Shown: positions 41,034-51,692 of the stretch, piece by piece
Layout: each line of letters begins with the position of its first letter
How positions within the stretch are numbered: the stretch's first letter is position 1
Source of the DNA: Coleofasciculus sp. B1-GNL1-01
Lineage (GTDB): Bacteria; Cyanobacteriota; Cyanobacteriia; Cyanobacteriales; Coleofasciculaceae
Assembly: GCA_040220235.1 (NCBI GenBank)
Contig: JAVJTO010000077.1
Length of the DNA: 64,000 nucleotides
Strand: one strand, 5' to 3'
The notes under the pieces: model-generated
Told to the model about the DNA's origin: nothing
What the model saw: only the letters and a program-made list of their open reading frames with translations
Databases searched by the model: none
Program-made: the position numbers and the translations under genes

Positions 41034-43897
41034 TTCAATTTAAACTGACCCACTTCTGCCTGTAACGCTTGCGCCACTTGTCGGAGTTGTTCAAATGAGT
41101 ACGATACGTCACTAGCTCCTGTGGATGTTTGAGCCGCAATATTTGCCACTTTTGTCATTGTTTCCGTCACCGATTCAGAGGCTCGTGTCTGAATTAATGT
41201 GGCTTCGGTAATCGCTTCAACCAGGTCACTAATCTTGTTGGATACAGAGGTAATCTTGTTCAGAGAAGCACGAGTTTCATCCACGAGTTTTGTACCCATA
41301 ACCACCTGTTCTGTCCCAGCTTCCATTGCGGTTACCACCTCGTTGGTTTCGGCTTGAATTGCCGCCACCAGCTTTTCAATTTCGCTAGTCGCATCAGCAG
41401 ACTGTTGAGCCAGCGATCGCACTTCGTCAGCAACCACCGCAAACCCTCGTCCTTCTTCCCCGGCGCGGGCTGCCTCAATGGAGGCGTTGAGCGCCAGCAA
41501 GTTGGTTTGGGCGGCAAAGGTGCTAATCAGGTTAACAACCGTGGAAATCTTTTGTGACGATTCACCCAAGTGTTTGACTTTTTTCGCCGTTTCTGCTACC
41601 GTTTCGCGAATGGCGAGAATCCCGTCTACAGTACGGTTCATCGCCTGGTCTCCTTCTTGTACCATCTGACCCGCTTCTTGCACCGCCGTTAACGCTTGTT
41701 CGGCGTTTGCGGCAACCATTCGCACCGACTGAGCCATTTCCTGGGCGCGGTCAAGGGCGACGGAAATTTCTTCGGCTTGGTGCAGCGCTTCTTCGGCTAG
41801 GGATTGTACCGCCACTTCATTACTGCTCGTGGTATCCGCCACTTGACCCGCCGCTGCTTGCACCTGAGTAACAATTTTCCGCAGGTTAGCAACTGTGGCA
41901 TTATAAGAGTCTGCCACTGTACCGATTTCATCTTCGGTGACTCGTGCGCGAATGGTTAGGTCACCTTTACTAATCGGGTCTACCTCCTTCAGCAGTTCTA
42001 AAGCTCGCTGTTGCAACCCTTCTTTCAGTAGCCGCTGTTCTTCCGCCAGGTTTCGGGTTTGGTCAAGTAGGGTGAGTCGGTCAAGGGACAATCGCATCTG
42101 ATCGGCTAAGCGTTGGAGAAAATCAATGTCCCCAGGTTGCCATTCGTGGGACTTTTGGCAGTGGTGAACGCTAAGTAAGGCAAAGGGTTGACCTTGCGAC
42201 ATCAGTAAAACATCCAGGGTAGACTTAACTTCCAGATGTTCCATAAACTTCAACTGTTCAGGTGCTAACCCGGCGGTGGCAACATTCGTAATTGCCAAAA
42301 TCCCGTCATCACTGTGAGTCGCTAGCTGTTTTGGTGACAAGGGGGGATATTTGATATTGCTATTGAACGCATGAAACTGACCCCCAGTAACGGATTCAGC
42401 CGCAACCTCACCACTACCATCGGGGTTAAGGCGATAGACAATCACCCGGTCAGCTTTATAGATTTTGCGAGCATTGATCACGGCAATGTCGAAAATATCT
42501 TGAATCGCTTGGGCGTCAAAGGAACGGACACTGGTAATCTCTGCCAGCAAGTTTGCCTTTTCTGCTGCCAAGGTTTGTTCCTGCACCAGGGTTCCAATCT
42601 GTTGAGCCATGTCGTTGATGTTTTCACCCAAGACAGCCATTTCGTCTTCCCCAGCCACGTCTAGACGAGTATCCAAGTTTCCCTGACCAATTTTGGTGAC
42701 CGCATCGGCTGCACTCACAATCGGACGAGTGGCACGGTTGGCAATGGCGGCGGCTACCGCTGATACGAGTAAAGCGGTGAGTGCTGTACCACTGGCTAGG
42801 GCAAGAAGTAACCGTCGCTGCGGTTCAAACGCAATCTTGGTGGGTGTGGCAACCATCGCCGTCCAGGGTAGGTCTTGCACCCCTTCCAATTGTTGTTCAG
42901 GAGCGTAGGCTAACAACTCTTGAGCACTTTGAACCGTATCTGTTGTCACTGTACTTCCTGATTTCCCTGCGGTTTTCAATTGCTCAAAATTCACAAACAC
43001 GTCTGAGGCACTCTTACCCTGCACATCTGGCTGGTTCGATACGAAAATTTCAGCACCGCCCTCAGATAAGTCAAGTAAATAGTATTCGTCACCGCCAAAC
43101 CCGAAGTTGGAAATCAGGTCATCGAGGGCTTCTACAGGCATACGAGATCGGATCACGCCAATGGTTTTCCCGGTGGCATCTTTTACGGGTGCAGCCGTGT
43201 GAATCACAAATTTGCCACTGGATTCAGAGATTGTGGGGTTATCGATATAGGGTCCATCCAGTTTGAGGGCAGCTTGAATGTATTCGCGATCGCTGTGATT
43301 CGGTAGAGGATCTCCCTGAGACTGTACAATTACATTGCCCTGGAGATCAAACACAGCAATGCTGTCATAGATTTTGTAGAAATCGACGTAGTTGTCGAGA
43401 GTGGCTTGTTTTTGAGCCAGAGTTGTTGAATCAACCAGCTCCGGATCAGTGAGAATTTGCAGACTCGCCAGAATCTGAATATCCCCGTACCGTTCCCGCA
43501 TGAAACGAACCACCTTATCTTCAATACCTTCAGCACGGGCGATTTTCGCGTTGCCAATTTCTTGAGCAATTGCTCGGTCAGCAAAATAGTAGGCAGTGAT
43601 TCCGGTTACCAGTACAGGAAGCGTACCAATAATGATTGCTAATGCTGTGGCTTTATTTCGCAGATTCAGCCGTTGCCACCAAGAGGTTGATGACTGTGAT
43701 TTGGGAATGGTTTGAGTCTTTGCCTTGTATCCTTCCCCATCAAATTCTAGTTGTTTGAAAGCCTTTGGGGTTTGAGTTGAGAGACTGTTATCAGAAAGGG
43801 GATAATCATTGAGTACTGAACCATTATCATTGGATGTCAGATTGGAGATAGCACCGTTATTATTTGTGGAGTTTGTATTGGGTGATGTTTGAGTCAT
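41030..43897 (-). CDS. Methyl-accepting chemotaxis protein (Cache-HAMP-GAF-MCP, PixJ-like architecture)
   Basis: Two TMs, a periplasmic Cache-like domain, HAMP, GAF and [31 protein letters not shown]. Confidence 0.95.
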   Translation of the reverse strand: MTQTSPNTNSTNNNGAISNLTSNDNGSVLNDYPLSDNSLSTQTPKAFKQLEFDGEGYKAKTQTIPKSQSSTSWWQRLNLRNKATALAIIIGTLPVLVTGITAYYFADRAIAQEIGNAKIARAEGIEDKVVRFMRERYGDIQILASLQILTDPELVDSTTLAQKQATLDNYVDFYKIYDSIAVFDLQGNVIVQSQGDPLPNHSDREYIQAALKLDGPYIDNPTISESSGKFVIHTAAPVKDATGKTIGVIRSRMPVEALDDLISNFGFGGDEYYLLDLSEGGAEIFVSNQPDVQGKSASDVFVNFEQLKTAGKSGSTVTTDTVQSAQELLAYAPEQQLEGVQDLPWTAMVATPTKIAFEPQRRLLLALASGTALTALLVSAVAAAIANRATRPIVSAADAVTKIGQGNLDTRLDVAGEDEMAVLGENINDMAQQIGTLVQEQTLAAEKANLLAEITSVRSFDAQAIQDIFDIAVINARKIYKADRVIVYRLNPDGSGEVAAESVTGGQFHAFNSNIKYPPLSPKQLATHSDDGILAITNVATAGLAPEQLKFMEHLEVKSTLDVLLMSQGQPFALLSVHHCQKSHEWQPGDIDFLQRLADQMRLSLDRLTLLDQTRNLAEEQRLLKEGLQQRALELLKEVDPISKGDLTIRARVTEDEIGTVADSYNATVANLRKIVTQVQAAAGQVADTTSSNEVAVQSLAEEALHQAEEISVALDRAQEMAQSVRMVAANAEQALTAVQEAGQMVQEGDQAMNRTVDGILAIRETVAETAKKVKHLGESSQKISTVVNLISTFAAQTNLLALNASIEAARAGEEGRGFAVVADEVRSLAQQSADATSEIEKLVAAIQAETNEVVTAMEAGTEQVVMGTKLVDETRASLNKITSVSNKISDLVEAITEATLIQTRASESVTETMTKVANIAAQTSTGASDVSYSFEQLRQVAQALQAEVGQFKLN

Positions 43898-44160
43898 GAT
43901 AGAAACCTCGTCGTTGAACATCAATAGGGTACGAGAGATACTACTCAACTATTCCGCAAGTCAAAAGAAAGCCTTGCGTTTGGTTAAGCAATACCAGATA
44001 GTGCTATGAAATTAAGCGAAATTTTTGGGGTTATATTGATCAGCCGTCGTCAATTGGCTGATTTTGAGAAATGTTTGATAGACGCAACTCTTGGTTCAAA
44101 GGATCTAGCTAACTTGACACCTCACCAGTTTGACAAATGACAAATGACAAATGACAAAAT

Positions 44161-44733
44161 TTACTGAATTTTGGGCATGGCTTCGGTAATAGCTGTGCCA
44201 TCGAGAACGGCTAACATCTCACCACTGGATTTCACCCAATATCCCCGCAAAAATGGTGCAAGTTCGGGAGTGACGGGAGCAGAGGGTGGGGATTGAATCC
44301 CATCGGGGTTGCACCATTCCATATCTTCGATGCGGTTAACCACAAGTCCTAGAATATGGCTTTTTACCTGAGTAGAGTTGTGCGATGAAGAACGAGTATG
44401 TAACACAATTGCTGTGTAGTTGGAAACCCCCGTTATCTGCTGATACCAAGGCGTGAGTCCCACTAAATGTCCGATATCCACCATCCAGAGAATCTCACCC
44501 CGCCAGTTATACACACCCATAACCCAAGCGGGTGTATGAGGAATGGGTACAATCTGACCAATGGGAATATGCAACACCTCCGTCAACTGTCTAACTGACA
44601 ACAAAGCCGTTGTATCGGGTAGCAGATGAAACCGCAAAAACTGTTCTGTGTCGCTAGCTACAGACGCAGGCGATCGCGGCTGGATCTCTATGGATGATGA
44701 TAAGCGGTTTTGGGTTGATAAAGTGTCAGACAT
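44161..44733 (-). CDS. cheW: CheW-like coupling protein
   Basis: IVPIP...WVMGVYNWRGEILW motif. Confidence 0.92.
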   Translation of the reverse strand: MSDTLSTQNRLSSSIEIQPRSPASVASDTEQFLRFHLLPDTTALLSVRQLTEVLHIPIGQIVPIPHTPAWVMGVYNWRGEILWMVDIGHLVGLTPWYQQITGVSNYTAIVLHTRSSSHNSTQVKSHILGLVVNRIEDMEWCNPDGIQSPPSAPVTPELAPFLRGYWVKSSGEMLAVLDGTAITEAMPKIQ

Positions 44734-44739
44734 GGTAAG

Positions 44740-44883
44740 GAACTGTTTTGTTTGTAGTAGGCACTTTAGTACCTTCTGCTTGACTTACCAGCACTAAAGT
44801 GCTGACTACGAACTGTTTTGTTTGTAGTAGGCACTTTAGTGCCTTATCCTTGACTTATTAGCACTAAAGTGCTGACTACGAAC
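44740..44883. repeat. Two tandem 70-bp REP-like units
   Basis: Each unit has GTAGTAGGCACTTTAGT...GCACTAAAGTGCTGACTAC inverted arms. Confidence 0.85.
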
Positions 44884-44891
44884 CGTTTTAA

Positions 44892-45257
44892 TTAGGGGCG
44901 AATGAGCTGTTTAACTGTTCGGACAAGCTCATTTTGATCCACGGGTTTAGCCAGGTAAGCATCTGCTCCCTGTTTCATGCCCCAAAATTTATCCATTTCG
45001 CCTCCTTTTGTCGAACAAATAACGACAGGAATATTGCTAGTTTCAGCCGCCGTTTTTAATTCACGGCAGACTTCAAAACCACTGCGACCCGGTAGCACGA
45101 TGTCTAAAATAATCACATCCGGTTTTTGCGTGCTAATTTTAGCCAAAGCCTCTTCGCCACTATGGGCAACTAAGACATTGATACCACCTTGCTGTAAGCA
45201 ACTGGTAATAATTTGCATATCCGTTGAGGAATCTTCAACAACTAGAGCTGTTCCCAT
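44892..45257 (-). CDS. Single-domain response regulator (CheY/PilH-like)
   Basis: VVEDS, ILDIVLP, DKFWGMKQGADAY and KP motifs. Confidence 0.95.
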   Translation of the reverse strand: MGTALVVEDSSTDMQIITSCLQQGGINVLVAHSGEEALAKISTQKPDVIILDIVLPGRSGFEVCRELKTAAETSNIPVVICSTKGGEMDKFWGMKQGADAYLAKPVDQNELVRTVKQLIRP

Positions 45258-45357
45258 GGTAATTACCTACCTAATGAATACAAACGAATTTGGTCAATGA
45301 GAGTTATTGTTAACTTCATTTTTACTCATCCTAAAAGTAAGGATGAACGATGAAGAA

Positions 45358-46722
45358 TCAATAAACACCCTGTTTTATATGTTTATGGAGTACCGTGAGC
45401 AAATTCCTGGAATTTAAAGGTTTGCTCAAGAAATCCGAGGCTCCAACAAATTTGGCGTGAAGTCGATCCGCTGCCCCATCTTTTCCAGTTAAAAAGACAA
45501 TGGGCGTGTTTTGAAAACAGGACAGTTTGCGTAATTGAGTGCAAAGCTCATATCCGTTGACATTTGGCATCACCAGGTCTAAAAAGATTAAATCGGGTTT
45601 GCGTACCAAAAGAGTGGGAATGGCTCGCAAGGCATTTTCCACACCAAGAAATCGGTAACCTGCCGCCCCGATTACTTTTTCCATGGTGTGAATCACCCAA
45701 CGACTGTCATCTACACAAGCCACCAGGGATTGAGTTGAGGTTGCGTTTGCGCTTGTGAGCGGTGTTTTCGGCAGGTTGGCTTTTCCAGAAGTGGGAGTAA
45801 TACCCGTGGGATAAGCTTTAACCTTCTCTTTCCCTGGCTCTAAGACGCGCCGTGGCAAGACTTGCCGTGGCGAGACGTGCCGTGGCTCGTCTCTACATTT
45901 TTCTCGGCTTTCCTGCTTGTCAGCACCAACATTTTCTCTATTCCTTACCGTATTGGAAGTGGGTGCTGGTAAATCGGGAATATCAGTTAGTTCTACCCAG
46001 CCTGATTTCAGGTAAGGCATTAACGCTTGAGCAATATCCCCAACATGCCGACGCTGTTTTACGGCTAAGTCACGTAATGTATGGTGTCCGTCGAGTAAGT
46101 TAGTTAATGTTTGGTAAACCTCGACGGAACGGTTGTTTCGTAACTGTTCCGGTTGTTTAATAACCGGAGCTTGATTGGGAGAGTAATCCGCAAGCTGGGC
46201 ATTGTGCCAAGTTTGCCACAACGATTGGACTTGTGCGATCGCTTGATTAATTTCAATCAAAACCAGTTTCGTGGGTAACGAATAATTATGCTGGATTTGA
46301 TGGGTTACTTGCTTCGCTTGCACGAGATCGAACACAACCTCAGTCAGCACAGCACGAATCATATTGGCGGCTTGTTTGGGAGTGATTCGTCGCTGCTTGA
46401 CCCATAAACACAATAGCTGATAGTCCCAGCATTTTTTCACATTGATACTGGCTAGATCACTCCGAATTGTGTCAGGATGAGTCAAAATTTGAGGGCAGTG
46501 AATGGCTAAATTACGTTGCCACCGTCTCACAGGATGAACTCCTCCTGTGGCATAAAGGATACCGCCTAGGTGTAAAAAAAAGATCCATTGGTGTCCCGTT
46601 GGATCGTTCAACACCAGTTCACCGCTAAACTGAAATCGCTGTAAGGTTCTAAGAGACCGAACTTGCTCTAGGGAAGAGAGCGTTGGAGTTGAGATTACAG
46701 AGGGAATTTGTCTAGCCGTCAT
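45358..46722 (-). CDS. PatA-family response regulator (PATAN-REC)
   Basis: YATGG.HPVRRW.R PATAN motif and C-terminal receiver ACVDDS..FLDLVMP. Confidence 0.92.
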   Translation of the reverse strand: MTARQIPSVISTPTLSSLEQVRSLRTLQRFQFSGELVLNDPTGHQWIFFLHLGGILYATGGVHPVRRWQRNLAIHCPQILTHPDTIRSDLASINVKKCWDYQLLCLWVKQRRITPKQAANMIRAVLTEVVFDLVQAKQVTHQIQHNYSLPTKLVLIEINQAIAQVQSLWQTWHNAQLADYSPNQAPVIKQPEQLRNNRSVEVYQTLTNLLDGHHTLRDLAVKQRRHVGDIAQALMPYLKSGWVELTDIPDLPAPTSNTVRNRENVGADKQESREKCRDEPRHVSPRQVLPRRVLEPGKEKVKAYPTGITPTSGKANLPKTPLTSANATSTQSLVACVDDSRWVIHTMEKVIGAAGYRFLGVENALRAIPTLLVRKPDLIFLDLVMPNVNGYELCTQLRKLSCFQNTPIVFLTGKDGAADRLHAKFVGASDFLSKPLNSRNLLTVLHKHIKQGVY

Positions 46723-47635
46723 CGGTTTCTTGCTATGACTAAGGGTTTAACAAAAGCCAGAAATGTCTAATAATGTCGGTGTTTTATACCCGCGTTAGAC
46801 TTCAGTCGCTTTTGAAGGGAACATCACCCTGAAACCTTAGTTAGACAAAGTTTTTTCGTCTAAAAAAGACTATCTTTGCCAACTCTCAGAAGATTTTGAA
46901 ATTTCTCTATCAGGGAACTAAACAGAAGTGCAATCACTACAGCGCTCTGAGCGATATCAGACCTAGAATTGTAGATGCTGGTCTGATGAATGAACACTCT
47001 GTATCCCTACAATTAAGCTTGGATTTCTTCAGCGTTATGCAATGAAGCCGTTGGCGCATTCAGTCATCCAAAACCTTAGAGATTCAAAATTAGTCAATCG
47101 CGAGTGGTAGAAGTCCCTACTTGGCTCAACTCTTTTTGGGGAGAATTAAAATGTGCAGTTGGTTGGTTTGGCACGTTTGACTCCTGATCGATCAGAGTTG
47201 AGTTTTTTGGCGTTGTCTTACACGTTAGACAACCTGTAATACAGACTAACTTACTTCCGTATATTTGTCTAGAGGACTCGGAGATGAATTGACTATTTCA
47301 GGTAATTTTTCGACAAAGCTTTACAAAAGACTCAGTTTCCTAAAGTTCAGATTAGTCCTGAGTCAGAATTGCTTGAGAAATACTAGGTAAATTAACTCAA
47401 TCTATAATTCCCCTTAACCTTGACCATTGGTTTCAATAGCGGGGCAGACTCAAGGCATTAAAGAAGTAAACTTTTTATCTATTCAAGATATTATTTATAA
47501 TTCAACAACATTGGAATCTTGAATTATTCTTGCTCGGTGTATTGTTAATATATCTTTACATTAAGCGATAAAAAAATGGGTAAAATTACTGATATAGCAG
47601 ATGACCAATAACGAAATGTAAACGTTTTCCGAAAT

Positions 47636-48256
47636 CTAGCCTTCGCTTAAATTCATTTGACCTCGAAATCCTGTAACAATGCGACTACCATCTTTAAGGA
47701 TATGAATCTCCATTTGATCAGAAGCCCAGGTGATTTGGTCTTTTAATGCGGGATTAAATACCCGAACGCGCTGATTTCGAGAGGAGACGGGTGAATCGGG
47801 AGAATTAATAGCCAAGGATTCAACAAAGGGACCATCGACTAAAATATCAAGTTGTCCTAATAACTCTTGTGCGCCTGGAGGAGCCTCGGGTGATTGCAGT
47901 TCCCCTAACGTAAATCCACTAAAGGACATAACATTTAACCCCGCCGCTTTGAGTTTCTTGGCTAACTGCGCTAGGGCTGGTGCTTGCCAAAAGGGTTCTC
48001 CCCCAGAAAAAGTTACGCCTTGATTATGAGGATTGGACAAAATTTTATCCGCTAATTTATCAACAGCAATTAACTGGTTAATTTCAAAAGACCAGGAGGC
48101 TGGATTGAAACAGCTTGCACATTCTCGTTGACACCCTTGCACCCAAACAACAGCGCGACAGCCAGGACCGTTTACTTCTGACTCGTCAACGTATCCCATG
48201 ATATTTAGATATCCAGGAGGAATGTCATTGGTCATTTGTCCTTTGTTATTTGTCAT
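47636..48256 (-). CDS. Radical SAM protein, NrdG-like activase family
   Basis: VNGPGCR..WVQGCQRECASCFN, GVTFSGGEP and DILVDG motifs. The N-terminus is made of STRR units. Confidence 0.9.
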   Translation of the reverse strand: MTNNKGQMTNDIPPGYLNIMGYVDESEVNGPGCRAVVWVQGCQRECASCFNPASWSFEINQLIAVDKLADKILSNPHNQGVTFSGGEPFWQAPALAQLAKKLKAAGLNVMSFSGFTLGELQSPEAPPGAQELLGQLDILVDGPFVESLAINSPDSPVSSRNQRVRVFNPALKDQITWASDQMEIHILKDGSRIVTGFRGQMNLSEG

Positions 48257-48488
48257 CGATCATTTGTCCTTTGTCACAATGCTTTAACTCAATTGGGGCG
48301 GGTTTAGTTACATCTGGGTGAGGTTAGAAACGATAATAGTGAAACCCGCCCCTACACCCTTCAAAACCATGCCCGACTAGCGAAGCGAAGAGTCAACAAT
48401 CAAAACGTAGTCAGGGCGGGTTTTGAACAAAACCTTATCATTAACAGCGAGACGAAAGTCCCTAAACCCGCCCCTACTCAAAACTTTT

Positions 48489-49289
48489 TCAACGTGGAGC
48501 GCATCGAACAGAGATACTGGTCGCATCTTGTATTTTAGCGGCAAAGGTTTGTAAGACATCCCCACTCACTTGTTTTAATTGTTGTACAGGATAGGGACGT
48601 GATTCGGTCGGGGTATGATTACCCCGTCCATCAAGTTGATGGGTTAAGGGTTTAGGGCGGGTGGGAGTGTTGAGTTGAATTTCATCGGGATGTAGCGATC
48701 GCACTAACTGCATATAAGTGTCTTGACTGGGCTGATTCGGTAGGGTTAACAGCATTGTTTGTAGTCCTATATGTCCTGAATATCCCTGACGAAACGCCTG
48801 GATACCTGTCCAGATTTTCTGCCAATCGAGTTCCATGACAGGACGATTCACACGCCGTAGTTGATCAGAATCCACCGCATCGAGTTTAACTGAGACTTTA
48901 TCCGCCAGGGATAACGCCGCCTGCACGTCTGGATCACCTAATAGCGTACCATTTGTCAAGACTAAGACAGGTTTGTGAGTCATTTCCTTAACCTGGGCAA
49001 TAATCTCCGCCAAGTTTAGGGCTAGAGTCGGTTCGCCATTACCACTAAGAGTGACTACATCAACCTCCCAAGGCGCAAAAGCTTGTAAATCTTGGATAAT
49101 TTTTTCGGTAGGGACAAAAACGTGACGTTGGCGGGTGCGACGTTGAATTTCTCCTAACTGACAATAGACGCAGTTAAATGAACAAGTTGATTGGACTCCA
49201 ATGGGATCAATACCCAGCGATCGCCCGTAGCGCCAAGATGTCACTGGACCATAAACGGAGGTAAATGTGGCGGTTGATTGAGTGGTCAT
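48489..49289 (-). CDS. Radical SAM protein
   Basis: YGPV.SWR.GRSLGID, CSFNCVYC and GEPTL motifs. Confidence 0.9.
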   Translation of the reverse strand: MTTQSTATFTSVYGPVTSWRYGRSLGIDPIGVQSTCSFNCVYCQLGEIQRRTRQRHVFVPTEKIIQDLQAFAPWEVDVVTLSGNGEPTLALNLAEIIAQVKEMTHKPVLVLTNGTLLGDPDVQAALSLADKVSVKLDAVDSDQLRRVNRPVMELDWQKIWTGIQAFRQGYSGHIGLQTMLLTLPNQPSQDTYMQLVRSLHPDEIQLNTPTRPKPLTHQLDGRGNHTPTESRPYPVQQLKQVSGDVLQTFAAKIQDATSISVRCAPR

Positions 49290-49356
49290 AATTTTTCCTC
49301 CTGTATTAGACGAGGATTCCTCACATCGGTTTTAATCAGGATCTTTCTCAATTATC

Positions 49357-49932
49357 CTACTCAGTCGCGACCGTTTGCCATTCTAATATGACCACTGAGG
49401 GAACTCTCAGACTGGTCGTGCGATCGCCCTTCATGGGTAGAGACAGTGTAACCCCTGTAGCCGTCGGTAATTCGGACAACACGTCCTTGATATTATACTC
49501 ACCCACATTCGCCCCTGGGGATTGGTCGGCAAACAAATCCTCAGCCTGCAAAACTTTACCTGTATTCGTCATAATCTTTAAAGGTTGGGGGTGAGCAAAT
49601 TCTGCCATCCCAGGAAAACCAACCAAACGCAGGTTAATGTCTTTAGCTTCACCTGCTTTCACCCGTTTGAATAATACAACTTGCCAAGATTGACCCGTTT
49701 CATCTTGCAAGGTATGGCGGGATTGATACAGCATTTGTCCGGGGGCTTCTTCGATTTGGCGGATAGAAGCGACGGCTGAGGGAGGGGTGAGGCTTCCCCA
49801 ACCGATAACCATCAGCAGGACAAATGCACCTAGTAACAGTAGCCTCGATAGCCATCGCCGTAACCCACACCAGATAAGGATTGTGGAGTTTGAGTTTTGA
49901 ATTTTTGATTGTGCCATTTTTGATTTGTTCAA
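49357..49932 (-). CDS. DUF3122-like exported protein
   Basis: EEAPGQMLYQSR.TL.D..G.SWQVVLFKR and LRLVGFPG motifs. The start is uncertain. Confidence 0.75.
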   Translation of the reverse strand: MNKSKMAQSKIQNSNSTILIWCGLRRWLSRLLLLGAFVLLMVIGWGSLTPPSAVASIRQIEEAPGQMLYQSRHTLQDETGQSWQVVLFKRVKAGEAKDINLRLVGFPGMAEFAHPQPLKIMTNTGKVLQAEDLFADQSPGANVGEYNIKDVLSELPTATGVTLSLPMKGDRTTSLRVPSVVILEWQTVATE

Positions 49933-50230
49933 CCTTTTGATTTCGTTCGTTGATTTAATCTATTATTTGAGTATATATCCAATTAGCGATTAAACAAAGA
50001 AGGCAGGGGAAATTATTATGCCCATTTCCTGCAAATAGGGTATTTCAGCCTGACACAACTTCATCGTTCATCGTTGGTTGTTGGTAGGTAGCTTCCGAAG
50101 CTGGATCAAGGTTCGGAGGAATGTCCCGGTTTTAACGAAGCGTAACCGAGAGAGGTTTCAATTCCTCAGGGTTGCGCTATCCTAAAGAGGAGTTAGCCTG
50201 TAAGATATTAAGTTCTAGGAGGAATGTATT

Positions 50231-50722
50231 ATAGCTAACAAAGACAAGCAACGAATCAACCGTCAGATCAAGTCTCCTCAGGTTCTGTTGATTGATCATG
50301 AGAATAACAATCGCGGTTTGACGGATACTCGTGAGGCTCTCCAACTGGCGAAAGAGGTGGGTTTAGATTTGGTGGTCGTCTCTGAGCGTAAAGATGCTCC
50401 CGTGGCAAAAATTTTAGACTACGGGAAACATCAGTACCAACAGAAGAAGCGCCAGCGCCAGAGTTCTAAACCGACACTTAAGGAAGTGAAACTGCGTCCC
50501 AATGTAGGCGAGTCTGATTACAGCTTACGCATCAATCGAGCTGTTGAATGGTTGAACAAAGGCGATTCTGTAAAGTTTCAGGTGCGTCTGCGGGGACGGG
50601 AACATCAACATCGCGATCGCGCTACAGAACTGCTGGAGCGCGTGGTGTCTGATCTGGGTGAAGTTGGCAAAGTTCAGTCTTTTGATCGACGAGCATTGGT
50701 TGTTCAGATCGTTCCATCCTAG
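50231..50722 (+). CDS. infC: Translation initiation factor IF-3 paralog 1 (start ATA 50231 or ATT 50228)
   Basis: RINRQI..PQVLLID, LDLVVVS, PVAKILDYGK, KEVKLRP and RGRE motifs. AGGAGG at 50217-50222. Confidence 0.9.
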   Translation: MANKDKQRINRQIKSPQVLLIDHENNNRGLTDTREALQLAKEVGLDLVVVSERKDAPVAKILDYGKHQYQQKKRQRQSSKPTLKEVKLRPNVGESDYSLRINRAVEWLNKGDSVKFQVRLRGREHQHRDRATELLERVVSDLGEVGKVQSFDRRALVVQIVPS

Positions 50723-50932
50723 CTTTAACCCAAGCTGGTTGGTGAGATGAGTGCTTAATAAGCGTGGCATTCATCCCAGATTAGTGTTAGGGTGTAGAAA
50801 ACGTTCCTACTATCTGCTAATGTCTAATCGCCCCTAACCTATCTCAAACCTTAGCGGGATATGGTGTGATCAGCATTGGGTTAATCTAATAAAGGTGAGC
50901 TAGTGGGATGTTGAACTTAGGAGGAAAGTCTC

Positions 50933-51424
50933 ATCGCTAAGAAACAGAAACAACTGATTAACCATAAAATCAAATCACCTCAGGTTTTGTTGATTGACCA
51001 TGAAAACAACAATCGTGGCTTGACCGATACCCGTGAGGCACTACAAGTCGCTAAAGATGCGGGTCTGGATCTAGTCGTCGTCTCTCAACGTAAAGACGCC
51101 CCTGTGGCAAAAGTTTTAGACTACGGGAAACATCAATATCAGCAGAAAAAGCGCCAACGCCAGAGTTCCAAACCAACACTTAAGGAAGTCAAGTTACGTC
51201 CCAATGTGGGTGACTCCGATTACGGCTTACGCATCAAAAGAGCGCTTAAGTGGTTGGATAAAGGTAATTTAGTCAAGTTTCAGGTGCGTCTGAGAGGACG
51301 AGAACATCAGCATCGCGATCGCGCCAGGGAACTACTAGAGCGTGTGATTGATGACCTCGGCGAAGCGGGGAAAGTCCAGTCTTTTGATAAGCGATCGCTG
51401 ATTGTTCAGGTGGCTCCCGCCTAG
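50933..51424 (+). CDS. infC: Translation initiation factor IF-3 paralog 2 (start ATC)
   Basis: Same IF3 motifs as paralog 1. AGGAGG at 50919-50924, 8 nt before ATC. Confidence 0.9.
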   Translation: MAKKQKQLINHKIKSPQVLLIDHENNNRGLTDTREALQVAKDAGLDLVVVSQRKDAPVAKVLDYGKHQYQQKKRQRQSSKPTLKEVKLRPNVGDSDYGLRIKRALKWLDKGNLVKFQVRLRGREHQHRDRARELLERVIDDLGEAGKVQSFDKRSLIVQVAPA

Positions 51425-51692
51425 ATTAGCTTTTCGCTCAGGGATCACTGAGATTATCTGTTGGTAGCTGTTTGGGATAAACCAGGCAGCTTTCTGCTAT
51501 GTAATATTTTATCTTTACTTTAGCCCATAGCCTTGTTGTTCTATACAGTGCTAGTTCAACACAACGGCAAAATTAATCACCAAATGAAGCTGTGATCAAC
51601 CTTTGCTCTTTTATACTAGACATAGTAAGACTTTACAGGGTTGGGTTCAGGCAAACCAACAAGGATCTGACATTTTGTGTGAGGAACTAATC

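Noticed and set aside
50062..50125. Glutamine (glnA) riboswitch
   Set aside because: It begins ATCGTTCA but lacks the conserved GGAAGTA and GAAGGAACG elements.
50139..50178. tRNA gene
   Set aside because: Only a T-loop-like hairpin is present, with no D-arm or anticodon arm.
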